Shown: positions 9,803 through 19,337 of the stretch, one piece after another | Layout: each line of letters begins with the position of its first letter | Position numbering within the stretch: the first letter of the stretch is position 1 | Virus record (IMG/VR): IMGVR_UViG_3300027977_000007 | Origin: a virus | Length of the DNA: 64,000 bases | Reading direction: 5' to 3' (one strand) | Translations under genes and position numbers: made by a program | The notes under the pieces: model-generated | The model's input: only the letters and a program-made list of their open reading frames with translations | Told to the model about the DNA's origin: nothing | The model's database searches: none

Positions 9803-9820
9803 TGTTTTGATAGAGTAAAA
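9783..9820. repeat. 38-bp direct repeat, copy 2
   Basis: Identical to 8747-8784. Confidence 0.95.
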
Positions 9821-9856
9821 TTGAAAAATAAACGTAACTAGTTGATAATCAACCAA

Positions 9857-10345
9857 CTAAAAAAGAAGTATTGCCCTATCGAATCTAAGCGTTGCTGTAA
9901 TATCAGCGATGGCATCATCATCCATTGATAAATCACCAAAACCAACATTTGTAAGCATAGTACCGTCAAGTAACCATTTCTCCACAACAACACCTGTTGG
10001 GTCAAGCATTTCAAGCTCTACAGGTCTCTTATAACCAGCAGCGTAACCTTGACGACCTGTTATAGATTCAGAGTGCAAACGCACCCATTCCATAATAGCT
10101 TGTGTCGCAGATGGGCCAATTGGGTCACGGAATGTAACATCAATTGCTTCCCAAGTAAAACGACCTATAACCCACGTAGATGTATTAAGGAACGGCATTT
10201 CAACTTCATTTTGAGTAATTGAAGGTCTAGAGGCAGATGCTAACCACCATTGTTGTATACCTAAGTCAGCTGGAAAAGTAATTAACCATCGGTTTTTCCT
10301 TTTAGGCTCGTAAGGCAAGGGCATTTTCATTAATAAATCAGCCAT
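9857..10345 (-). CDS. Tail tube protein (T4 gp19-like)
   Basis: Motifs YEPKRKNRW, RPSITQNEVEMPFLN, QAIMEWVRLHSESITGRQGYA, LDPTGVVVEKW and LRFDRAIL. Follows the sheath gene. Confidence 0.9.
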   Translation of the reverse strand: MADLLMKMPLPYEPKRKNRWLITFPADLGIQQWWLASASRPSITQNEVEMPFLNTSTWVIGRFTWEAIDVTFRDPIGPSATQAIMEWVRLHSESITGRQGYAAGYKRPVELEMLDPTGVVVEKWLLDGTMLTNVGFGDLSMDDDAIADITATLRFDRAILLF

Positions 10346-10516
10346 TTTTTTGTTTTTAAAATATTTGTTAGTACCTTTGTGATACTAGTGTTATTGTTTA
10401 ATATAAATATCTAACATTACAAAATAAATCAGAAATAAATTAAATATTTTAAACACAAGGTTATTATAATAATACTTAACATAAAAAAGTGTTATAAAAT
10501 TTTAATAGGTGCTAGT

Positions 10517-10942
10517 TTAAGCCTCAAGATTTAGGTTTTTATCTAAAGCCTCTAAGTTATTAATTGCCTTGGTGCTAATTCTATAACTTGCATTATTTGC
10601 TTTAGCTATTTCATTAAACTTATTAACGATATTCTTTGCATTTTTAGCAAACTTAGTATCTGGATTAACCATACCTTTTTCGGTAAATGATTTAACCAAC
10701 TCCTTAACTTTAGAATCATCTTCTAGTGTTTGTTTTATTTGGTTCATAATATTATCATCACTAATAGCATTTTGACCAATAATTTTATTTTGACCGCTTA
10801 AATTAATACCCAATAATACAGCAACACCTAATACAACATCACCATAACTCTCAGTAATAATGGGTTGATTAGATAAAGCTTCAATTTGTCTATTTAACAA
10901 AATCTTTTTATATTGTGATTCTGTTATTTTAATTTTGGTCAT
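10517..10942 (-). CDS. Hypothetical virion protein with MxKIKITESQY leader
   Basis: ORF with late motif at 10957-10964. Confidence 0.6.
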   Translation of the reverse strand: MTKIKITESQYKKILLNRQIEALSNQPIITESYGDVVLGVAVLLGINLSGQNKIIGQNAISDDNIMNQIKQTLEDDSKVKELVKSFTEKGMVNPDTKFAKNAKNIVNKFNEIAKANNASYRISTKAINNLEALDKNLNLEA

Positions 10943-10976
10943 AAAATTACTTTATAATAAATATGGTTATAAACTA

Positions 10977-10998
10977 AAAAGGCCCCGTAGGGCCTTTT
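10977..10998 (-). terminator. Intrinsic terminator after sheath
   Basis: AAAAGGCCC-CGTA-GGGCCTTTT; UACG tetraloop on the minus strand. Confidence 0.8.
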
Positions 10999-11002
10999 AG
11001 TT

Positions 11003-13861
11003 TTAGATGTTATCGAATGAAGCACCTGTATTTGTAACCACGAATTCTATTTGTATGTATTCTAGACTTCTTGTTGGTTTTAGGAATATTTGACCAGTTA
11101 ATTGGTTTCTATCGATATCCTCTGGGTCACTAGATAATGTAACCCTAAAGTCGGTTAAACCTCTTTCAGTCCTTATATTTGATAATATTGGATTAACTAA
11201 AGCTAAGAACTGATTTCTAACTATTGTGTCATTTTGTTCGAATAGAAGTCTAATAGCCACAGCTGAAATAAGTTTTCTAGCTTGTAATAGAAGTCTTCTA
11301 ACTTGAATTCTATTTAAAGCTGATTCCTTAACTTGTAGTGTTTTATTACCCCAAATCTTAATACCATCAGAATTGAACGTAGCGATTGGGTTAATTCGGT
11401 TTTCATAAAGGGTATCTCTCTCAGCTAAGGTAAGAGATTTTCTAGCTTGTATTGCATCAACATCACCACGTTGAATACCAGCAACAGCGAACCAAGGGAA
11501 TGCAATGTTATCGGTCAAGGCAATGTTTCTAACTACGTCTCTAGTAGGTGGGACGTATATCAATACATTGTTCTCAGCATCGTTGATTTGAACCCATGGC
11601 CAGTAAGTACAAGTGTAGTTACTATCGTATTGGTCAGCAATAATATCAACAGCCTCATCAGCAGTTAATATAGTACCAGATGCAACGTCAGGAGTTGTAA
11701 CAACATAAAGCGAATCGGCTCTATCGTTTTCAACCATATCGATTGTTGCTTCAACCAAGTTTGTGTTATTAGAGGTATCAATACCTGGAGTTGCAAAAAC
11801 GTTAATACTAACAGCTTCTGGGTTTTTAAATGTCCAAATAGCTTCAAGGTAAGCGTAGTAATCTGAATTTATACCTAAATCACCCGAAGTTAATGTTCTA
11901 TTTGCAAACGCACCACTTGTAAGACCAGCTTGACCAGCAGTACCATTGATAATATAGCTGTCTGCGTTGCTTCTAATAGTACGGTACACGTCCCAACCAT
12001 CAAAACCACCATATGGTGCAAATGTAAATTTACGTGCATACAAAAATTCATATGGACCACCAACTAAGCCAGCATCAGTTCTAAACTGAGCGTCACCAGT
12101 GTCAAATAAGAATATTGGACTATAAGTACCACCACTTGCGTTAATAACCTCAAATACGTTATCTATTGTAACACCAGTTGCATCAACATCCATGTGGAAA
12201 CCATTTGTCATACCTGTCCAGATATCTGGGCTAGAGGTTAATGGAACACCCTTATAGTCAAAGAAGTCAGAATCGATACCAACAGTTTCAGATAAACCTA
12301 AGTAATACTTACGTTTATTTTCAAATGTTGAATAGCTAGTCTTATATAATAATGCTGGGTTAACAACACTTGTATTACTGTTGGTTTGGTAGTCACGGAT
12401 TGGGTAACCAATAAAACCAGCTGGGAATGCATCACTAGTGTTGCTAGTGTCATCAACTTCAACAAGAACATAGGCTGATTTAGAAACATACTCACCATCA
12501 AGTGTACCTATTCTTCTACCAATGAAGTTAGCTGAAGTTGGGTCCATAGTACAACGTGAAAAACTTTCAAGTATAACTGGTTGTGCATCAGTGTCATAAA
12601 AACCTCTAATTCTAATATCAAATTCTAAGGTATCTGGCTTAATGTTAACTATTGAAATCTTAAATTGTTCGTTAGCTGCATTACCATCAGAAATAGTCCA
12701 TAATCTAAACAAACGCAATACTTTATTACCACGCAATTCTGAAACAACATATGGTGTAACAGCTGGTTGATATTCTTTTAAATAATCAGAATAATCGGTA
12801 TCATACTGAATAAGACTTTGGTTGATACCTCTAATCTTACCATCAACATTTGCTGTGTTAAATAAATTACCATAAAGTTCTTCTACAAATAATGCAGTAT
12901 TACCATCTTGTGCCGTTCTTCCCAATACCTTAGGAAGATAATTACGTTGCGTTCTATCAAGTGATACTTGGTAGTTAAATAAACCCTGTGTGTTTGAGTT
13001 ACCACTTAGAGCAAATACACCAACAGGATTTGTTGTTGCAGCACTAAATGCTGGATTAAATATAACACCAGTTGCAGCACTTAATTCAAAGTTAGGTAAT
13101 TGTGTAGATACATCTATAGCCCCTCTTGAACGTAACAATGCTACCAATTGGTCTTCAACATCACTATATCCAGTACCAGTATAGGTAACGGTTACACCAG
13201 AAGTAATACCAGTTATATTAACCAACGATGTACCACCAGTATAGTTTGTTTGAGTAACGTAGTTGTTAAATGACACACCACTAAAAGTATTACCAAACTT
13301 ACTAAATATTGGACCAATATTAACTGTTGAACCACTAGTCGCTGAACCTAAGTAAGCTAGACTAGAACCTAGTGTTCCATCATTTATTAACGCTTGAACC
13401 AAGACATCATTAGAAGTTAATGATAAAATACTACCAGTTGGTGACGCTGAATATGATATTAAATAATTAGTACCACCACTATAAGAAATAGTAGATACCG
13501 TACCAGATGTAGATGGGTCAAGGGCCGCATCAATAGTGATACCCCAAGCTTGACCAGCATCATAACCAGAGAAACCTAATACCCTAGTTACAAATAATTG
13601 GTTAGATTGTGATAAATAAGACTTAGCTATGTATGGTAATTCATACTTAGGTGCTCCAGTATCTTTTACCTTGGTTGCGTTTAAGCCACCAAAGAAAGAT
13701 TGGAATTCGCCATAATTACTTATAAATATTGGTTGAAATGCTGGTCCAATTGTGGTTTCACCAACTAAGCCAAGTGTTGTTACACCTACTTGACGAGTAA
13801 TAAATGTTATATCTCTTTCTGATGTATAAACACCTGGACTAACGAAAACTTTTGTTGCCAT
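11003..13861 (-). CDS. Tail sheath protein (T4 gp18-like)
   Basis: N-terminal FVSPGVYTSERD; C-terminal YWPWVQ...VPPT...PWFAVAG...RDTLYENRINPI...IWGNKTLQ...VRRLL...LFEQND...IFLKPTRSLEYI. Confidence 0.95.
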   Translation of the reverse strand: MATKVFVSPGVYTSERDITFITRQVGVTTLGLVGETTIGPAFQPIFISNYGEFQSFFGGLNATKVKDTGAPKYELPYIAKSYLSQSNQLFVTRVLGFSGYDAGQAWGITIDAALDPSTSGTVSTISYSGGTNYLISYSASPTGSILSLTSNDVLVQALINDGTLGSSLAYLGSATSGSTVNIGPIFSKFGNTFSGVSFNNYVTQTNYTGGTSLVNITGITSGVTVTYTGTGYSDVEDQLVALLRSRGAIDVSTQLPNFELSAATGVIFNPAFSAATTNPVGVFALSGNSNTQGLFNYQVSLDRTQRNYLPKVLGRTAQDGNTALFVEELYGNLFNTANVDGKIRGINQSLIQYDTDYSDYLKEYQPAVTPYVVSELRGNKVLRLFRLWTISDGNAANEQFKISIVNIKPDTLEFDIRIRGFYDTDAQPVILESFSRCTMDPTSANFIGRRIGTLDGEYVSKSAYVLVEVDDTSNTSDAFPAGFIGYPIRDYQTNSNTSVVNPALLYKTSYSTFENKRKYYLGLSETVGIDSDFFDYKGVPLTSSPDIWTGMTNGFHMDVDATGVTIDNVFEVINASGGTYSPIFLFDTGDAQFRTDAGLVGGPYEFLYARKFTFAPYGGFDGWDVYRTIRSNADSYIINGTAGQAGLTSGAFANRTLTSGDLGINSDYYAYLEAIWTFKNPEAVSINVFATPGIDTSNNTNLVEATIDMVENDRADSLYVVTTPDVASGTILTADEAVDIIADQYDSNYTCTYWPWVQINDAENNVLIYVPPTRDVVRNIALTDNIAFPWFAVAGIQRGDVDAIQARKSLTLAERDTLYENRINPIATFNSDGIKIWGNKTLQVKESALNRIQVRRLLLQARKLISAVAIRLLFEQNDTIVRNQFLALVNPILSNIRTERGLTDFRVTLSSDPEDIDRNQLTGQIFLKPTRSLEYIQIEFVVTNTGASFDNI

Positions 13862-13941
13862 ATTAGTTGTTTTAGTTTACTTTATTGTTTTGTTTATTAT
13901 AAATATTAGGTTTTACCCAAAAAGAGAATTAGGATAAAATA

Positions 13942-13985
13942 TATATTTGTTTTAGTATGTTTTTTGTCATACTTTCATCATACTT
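13942..13985 (+). promoter_or_regulatory. Promoter -7 element and candidate operator of the RHH gene
   Basis: TATATTTG at 13942-13949, then AGTATG (13954-59), CATACT (13968-73) and CATACT (13979-84). Confidence 0.5.
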
Positions 13986-13997
13986 ATATTAAAAGAT

Positions 13998-14153
13998 ATG
14001 CTTAAGAGAGATAAAAACATTAAAATTACAACAAAAACTCATGAGTTACTAAAAAAACATTGCGAACAGAATGGTCTTAAAATGTTTTCTTTTGTTGAAA
14101 AATTAATACGTGAAGCTTGTATTACCAAGAAAGATTTATACGGTGAAAATTAA
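13998..14153 (+). CDS. Small ribbon-helix-helix DNA-binding protein (51 aa, not in ORF track)
   Basis: MLKRDKNIKITTKTHELLKKHCEQNGLKMFSFVEKLIREACITKKDLYGEN: alternating beta-strand, helix, G-turn, helix pattern. Confidence 0.7.
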   Translation: MLKRDKNIKITTKTHELLKKHCEQNGLKMFSFVEKLIREACITKKDLYGEN

Positions 14154-14326
14154 CCATTATTAGAAGTATAGTTAATACCATCAGCAATTGCAGTAGTCTT
14201 AGTTGTTGCAAATATGCTTGGTAATTGTGCACCTATTAATGATTGATATATTTCCAAAAAAGCATTATGCTCTGCTAGAGTTGGGAAGGTGAGTGTTTCG
14301 TTTCCAAATGTAAATGTATATTCCAT
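14150..14326 (-). CDS. Small hypothetical protein downstream of fibre (58 aa, possible fibre chaperone; not in ORF track)
   Basis: MEYTFTFGNETLTFPTLAEHNAFLEIYQSLIGAQLPSIFATTKTTAIADGINYTSNNG. Stop overlaps the RHH stop (TTAA). Confidence 0.55.
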   Translation of the reverse strand: MEYTFTFGNETLTFPTLAEHNAFLEIYQSLIGAQLPSIFATTKTTAIADGINYTSNNG

Positions 14327-14338
14327 ATTATTTATTTT

Positions 14339-17300
14339 TTATTTTTTTGATATTATAAAGCTTCTTAATGTTGCAGAGGCACCAATGAGAGCTCTCATTG
14401 TTGGGTATATATAGTTATCAACGGTAGTATCAAATGTAGGCGTTCCCATAGCTGTTGTTGTTATGATACCTATGTCAGTATAAGCTGCATCGGCACGAAC
14501 TCTAAGTGTTGTTGAATTACTAAAGTATAAATTCTTTCTTTCTACTTGAATGTATTTTGTCGCAGCACCAGATGTAGCAACAAGCGCCAATAATTGACCA
14601 GTTGCTGGTGATGGTGGTGTATTTGTTGTATAACTCCTAAACCAACAATTTAATAAAGAACCAACTGTGAAGTCAGTTGGGTCCCAAGTGCAGTCAATTT
14701 CAATTATATCACCTGTTGTGAATGTATTTGCTGGTATTAAATAATAACCAAAGGCTGTTTCAGTAGCCGCAGCAAATGCTACTGTAACAGCTCCCCTAAA
14801 GTTAACGATTGGAAGACCAATACCAGTTAGGTTAGAACCATTACCGTAATAAGTAGTCGCACTTATTGTATTTGCAGATAAACCACCTGTAAACGTGGTT
14901 AAACCAGCTACCGTTCCACCTGTAAAGGTGGAACCACCACCAGTACTAAATCCACTAACACTAAATGTTCCACCAGTATTATTTGTAAACTGAGCCGTTC
15001 CAGCTGAATATGTACCACCAGTTACGAATACATCATCTGTCTTAAATCCAGTTACGCTAAATGTTCCACCTGTATTATTCGTAAATACGGACGAACCATT
15101 TGAATACGTACCACCAGTTACAAATACATCATCTGTCTTAAATCCACTAACGCTAAATGTTCCACCTGTGTTATTCGTAAATTCAGCTGTTCCAGCTGAA
15201 TAGGTACCACCAGTAACCCTAATATCTATTGGTAAATTATTATAAGTTGTTGCTGAAACTGTTGTAGCTGTTAGGCCATTACTGTTTGCTATAAAACCAT
15301 TTGATTGGAATGTAGTACCAGATATATAGCCATCGGCTCTAATTAAAGCGGTGGTCGCATTAGCTGTGTTAACAGACTCAAATACGTTAGTTACATTATC
15401 AGCATTACCAGTACCGTTTTTAACACTTAGTCCATCTAGGATTGCGTTAATAACAATTTCTGGTGTTGTTGAATTATCGTATGCCTGTTGAAGCGTAGTT
15501 GTTGATAAACCACCAGTACCACCAAAACTTTCACCAAATTTAGAAACCAGTGTAAATTTAGCATAATCTGTATTAGTTAATGGTTCTCCATCAGTACCAA
15601 TATCATTTCTAACAGAAAGAATACCAATTAATATACCAGTACTCTCAGCATTAGGGTAAGGTATAAATGTCTCTGAGTTTATAGCGGCAACAGCGGCAGT
15701 TAAGTTTGCGTATATTGTTTGACCATATAATACATTAATAACACCAGTCGGATACATATATATCCTTTGATTGGTCGCATCATCAATACCAGAATTACCA
15801 ATACTAGTAATAACACCACCTAAGTCATAATTTCTAGGGTCGATAACAGTAACAGACCCGCTAGTACCACCAGTTTGTGTTCTATAAAAAAATGATGCTG
15901 GTATCTTTGCTGGAATGCTGGCATTATTAGGGCTTAATTGATTATTATGCCAATTAATACCATTACCCCAAAGAGTACCAGCTGAAGTATTAAAACTTAA
16001 ATTAGCTCCATTTGGTGAGGGTATGATACCTTGATTTATCAATTTTATTGGCGACCACAAATCACGCAAAGATGACATCGGTGATACATCATAATCAACG
16101 GTATTATTTATGTTTAATATACTCGTTCTATTTGGGTGATTAACCTTACCCAAAAATATGTTTTCTCTTCGTTGTTGTGGTGTTGGAAATGTTGTTTGTT
16201 GGTATAATGTAGCACCACTGTTTATTAATAAATAAGTAGAGTCTGCTGTTAAAATATTAGTTAATGATATGTTTGTACCACCACTATAATAAAGGTTTTT
16301 TACATCTGGATTTGTTGCGTTTGAATATGTATTATTAACCGACCAACCTCTCATAGGTGCAACATTAATTGTTGTTGATGAAGCGGTAGTAGCACCAGTA
16401 TATTCATACACACCAGTTGATATTGCATTACCTAATAAAATATTAACTTCTTGTTGTGTTAAACTTTGTAATTGGTTTTCATTTTCAATGTTAACATATA
16501 TTTTACCATTTATTGCATCCGAAGTCAAACACCAACCTAATACAGATATTCTAGACGTATAAGCTATTGAGTCTGGGTCATCTGTAATACCACCATCAAT
16601 TGTATCAGATAAAAATAATTCTCGACCTACTATAAGTGTTGAAGTATCTAAATCTCTAACTATACCAAAACTAGTAATAAAACCATATTCATTATTTGGT
16701 ATATTATGTGTTGCCACACCAGAAGATTGAGCTAAACTATCAACAAATGTTGTTCCTAACTTAGACGCATTAGCTAAAGCAACAGTTGGTGTCCCACTAC
16801 TTGAACCAGTAATATGAACTACTTGACCATTATTAATTTGAGCACCACTATTATTATAAATTCTAACTAAATTTTCTTGACCTAAATTAATAGTTACATC
16901 ATTTTGATTTGTTAAAGGTTTATATGATAAAGCATTTTCACTTGAATCATAATACAATGTTCCACCAGTTGGATTTGGAACTGATGGTGATGTTTTAAAG
17001 TTAATATAATCAGTATTAGAGATTGTATTTGCAGTTAAACCACTTATAAAATTAGTTGAACCACTTACCGTACCACCACTTAATGGTAAATAAGCACCAG
17101 AAAAAGCTGGTAGGTTAATATACGTAGTTGCAGATATTGTATTTGCTGATATTCCACCATTAACAGTTAAACCTGAAAAACTATTAACTAAAGTAGTTAT
17201 ATTTGCTTGGTTATTAGTTTGTTGAAGAGTTAATACATTATTACTAAACGTTAATCCAGTAACATATGTATCAGTCTGACCAGTTAAGAATCCACTAACG

Positions 17301-17635
17301 CTAAATGTTCCACCTGTGTTATTCGTAAATTCAGCTGTTCCAGCTGAATATGTACCACCAGTAACCCTAATATCTGTTGGCAAGCCAAGATATGTTGTTG
17401 CACTAAAGGTGTTTGCCGTTAAACCACTTATAAAGTTAGTTGACCCAGATACCGTACCACCTGTGAATGGTGTTGTTAATCCACTAACGCTAAATGTACC
17501 ACCAGAATTATTGGTAAAAATAGCTGTTCCAGATGAATAGGTACCACCAGTTACAAAAATATCTTGTCCATCAACAACATTTGTTTCTATAATAAATGTT
17601 TGATTTATATCATAACCTCTTCCAACTTGTCCCAT
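14339..17635 (-). CDS. Repeat-containing fibre/whisker-type structural protein
   Basis: 1098 aa, Gly/Thr/Ser-rich, with five DxxVTGGTYSxGxxxFTNNxGGTFSVxG repeats and SANTISATTY repeats. Translationally coupled to the gp15-like gene. Confidence 0.75.
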   Translation of the reverse strand: MGQVGRGYDINQTFIIETNVVDGQDIFVTGGTYSSGTAIFTNNSGGTFSVSGLTTPFTGGTVSGSTNFISGLTANTFSATTYLGLPTDIRVTGGTYSAGTAEFTNNTGGTFSVSGFLTGQTDTYVTGLTFSNNVLTLQQTNNQANITTLVNSFSGLTVNGGISANTISATTYINLPAFSGAYLPLSGGTVSGSTNFISGLTANTISNTDYINFKTSPSVPNPTGGTLYYDSSENALSYKPLTNQNDVTINLGQENLVRIYNNSGAQINNGQVVHITGSSSGTPTVALANASKLGTTFVDSLAQSSGVATHNIPNNEYGFITSFGIVRDLDTSTLIVGRELFLSDTIDGGITDDPDSIAYTSRISVLGWCLTSDAINGKIYVNIENENQLQSLTQQEVNILLGNAISTGVYEYTGATTASSTTINVAPMRGWSVNNTYSNATNPDVKNLYYSGGTNISLTNILTADSTYLLINSGATLYQQTTFPTPQQRRENIFLGKVNHPNRTSILNINNTVDYDVSPMSSLRDLWSPIKLINQGIIPSPNGANLSFNTSAGTLWGNGINWHNNQLSPNNASIPAKIPASFFYRTQTGGTSGSVTVIDPRNYDLGGVITSIGNSGIDDATNQRIYMYPTGVINVLYGQTIYANLTAAVAAINSETFIPYPNAESTGILIGILSVRNDIGTDGEPLTNTDYAKFTLVSKFGESFGGTGGLSTTTLQQAYDNSTTPEIVINAILDGLSVKNGTGNADNVTNVFESVNTANATTALIRADGYISGTTFQSNGFIANSNGLTATTVSATTYNNLPIDIRVTGGTYSAGTAEFTNNTGGTFSVSGFKTDDVFVTGGTYSNGSSVFTNNTGGTFSVTGFKTDDVFVTGGTYSAGTAQFTNNTGGTFSVSGFSTGGGSTFTGGTVAGLTTFTGGLSANTISATTYYGNGSNLTGIGLPIVNFRGAVTVAFAAATETAFGYYLIPANTFTTGDIIEIDCTWDPTDFTVGSLLNCWFRSYTTNTPPSPATGQLLALVATSGAATKYIQVERKNLYFSNSTTLRVRADAAYTDIGIITTTAMGTPTFDTTVDNYIYPTMRALIGASATLRSFIISKK
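14949..15227. repeat. Three tandem 96-bp (32-aa) repeats in fibre gene
   Basis: AATCC anchor recurs at 14949, 15045 and 15141. Confidence 0.85.
17289..17375. repeat. 87-bp direct repeat of 15141-15227 (1 mismatch)
   Basis: Direct comparison; the single difference is at 17351 vs 15203. Confidence 0.9.
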
Positions 17636-18693
17636 TATAATGTACTTCCAATTAAGGTTAGTTTACCTAGTGTTGCGGCACCCTTATAAACTTTTATTTT
17701 AATAATATCATTAGCATAAAAAATAATTGCTGTGTTCAATATAGTACCGTCAAAGACAATTGTATTATTTTGAGTAATTATGATTCTACTAATATTTTCT
17801 ATATTTGTTAGTTGTGTAAACTTTAAATCATATAATGCGTTAAAGATAAATTCAGTATTAGACCTTGGTTCCCATATAAAATTATAAACTATTTGGTTAC
17901 CTTTTCTGATTGGTGTTAATATTGCATCGTTAGCTATCAATTTTTCTTCAATTTCGGTAGTCATTAACGTTCTATTGATTGTAGGTATAACTCTAAAATC
18001 ATTTTCATCCAAGATATAACCCATCATTTTAATATCAAATAATTGAACATAAAAACGTCTATTTTCAAAGTCATCAATATTGCTCTCATCACCAATTGAA
18101 TCCAAATGCAATGGCATAGGGTGACCATTAACGTTGATATATGATTGTCTAGAATGAAAAGCTTTTTGTATATTAATATTAAATCGATTTAAATCCTTCA
18201 TGCGATTGGTAAACAATCTAACTTCATATAATATATCTATAGATGTTGGTTGTGGAATTTGATATAAGGTAATACCATGTCTAACACCATCCCAAGTTGG
18301 TATTTTCATATAGGTATAGGTTCGATTTCCTGGTATGTTCCATAACCCAGCTTGGTTTTCACCAACTTGAATATCTGGCTTTCTAACTATGGTTATAAAT
18401 GGCATCTTAATGTTTTTATATTCATCAGTAAATTCCCAAGTCTTGGTGAATTCGGTCCATCGTTGAATTGTTAAGAATATAACAGGTACTTTTTCACCAT
18501 CAATAGTCAAGCCCAACCCAGTATCTGATTTAAAATACTCTAAGAAGGTCTGGTCCATATCCTCAACCAAGACACCTCTAGGTAAAAAGGTTCCGTTATC
18601 AGCAATACCATCTAGAATCTCCTGTCTTCTTGGAGGCCCAATCTTGCTATTAACTATATTAATGTTTGTTCTATATCCTTTTTGCATTCCCAT
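17635..18693 (-). CDS. Tail terminator / sheath-stabilising protein (T4 gp15-like)
   Basis: Motifs EDMDQTF, KVPVIF, QRWTEF, MPFITIVRK and IPQPTSIDILYEV. Lies next to a neck gene. Confidence 0.6.
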   Translation of the reverse strand: MGMQKGYRTNINIVNSKIGPPRRQEILDGIADNGTFLPRGVLVEDMDQTFLEYFKSDTGLGLTIDGEKVPVIFLTIQRWTEFTKTWEFTDEYKNIKMPFITIVRKPDIQVGENQAGLWNIPGNRTYTYMKIPTWDGVRHGITLYQIPQPTSIDILYEVRLFTNRMKDLNRFNINIQKAFHSRQSYINVNGHPMPLHLDSIGDESNIDDFENRRFYVQLFDIKMMGYILDENDFRVIPTINRTLMTTEIEEKLIANDAILTPIRKGNQIVYNFIWEPRSNTEFIFNALYDLKFTQLTNIENISRIIITQNNTIVFDGTILNTAIIFYANDIIKIKVYKGAATLGKLTLIGSTL

Positions 18694-18718
18694 GTCTAAT
18701 CCTTTATTTTAATAAATA

Positions 18719-19240
18719 TTACATACCACGAAACTCAGTCTCATCAATTGGTGCACAAGTAATTGTCCTAAATGCGCCCTTATACCCCATGATAGTATGC
18801 TTATTATCAAAGTTTTTTAATCCATCATTAGCCACGCTATAGTATCTAATACTATTTTCAGTAACCGCATACCCTATATAATCACCAAAGCTAAGTTGAA
18901 CATCCATCTCAGATAGCTGTGCCACATATATACCAAAGGTTAAATTACCATCTTGTAAGTGTCTTGCAGTACCATTTTTATTATATACTTTATTTTCTGG
19001 TTCAGCAAGTATTGGTATAACCTTTAATTCTATTGGTGGTAAAAATCTAATACCGTCTTTGGTTGCCTCACCATAAATATCATCATATTCTGTTTGTTGT
19101 CTATCAACACGGTATAATATTACGGTAAAGTTACCATCACCTTCAATAGCCTCTCTCCCCATATTAACCTCTAAGTCAAAATCGGCACTAGAAAAAAATT
19201 TATTAACCCTAGTTATTGGTATATAACGCTTATTGTCCAT
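18719..19240 (-). CDS. Neck/head-closure protein (T4 gp14-like)
   Basis: Motif pattern VILYRVD...DDIYGE...FLPPIEL...GDYI; late motif upstream. Confidence 0.6.
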   Translation of the reverse strand: MDNKRYIPITRVNKFFSSADFDLEVNMGREAIEGDGNFTVILYRVDRQQTEYDDIYGEATKDGIRFLPPIELKVIPILAEPENKVYNKNGTARHLQDGNLTFGIYVAQLSEMDVQLSFGDYIGYAVTENSIRYYSVANDGLKNFDNKHTIMGYKGAFRTITCAPIDETEFRGM

Positions 19241-19337
19241 GGTTTTATATATAAATATTTATCTTTTACGTAATCTAATGATAAGGCTTGATTTTTTAAA
19301 AAAATAAAGTATATTCATAACAATTAAATTATTAACA

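Noticed and set aside
1-19240. Bacterial contractile injection system (eCIS/tailocin) or giant eukaryotic virus
   Set aside because: Neck proteins, PolB, a gp55-like sigma and bacterial promoters and terminators indicate a tailed jumbo phage.
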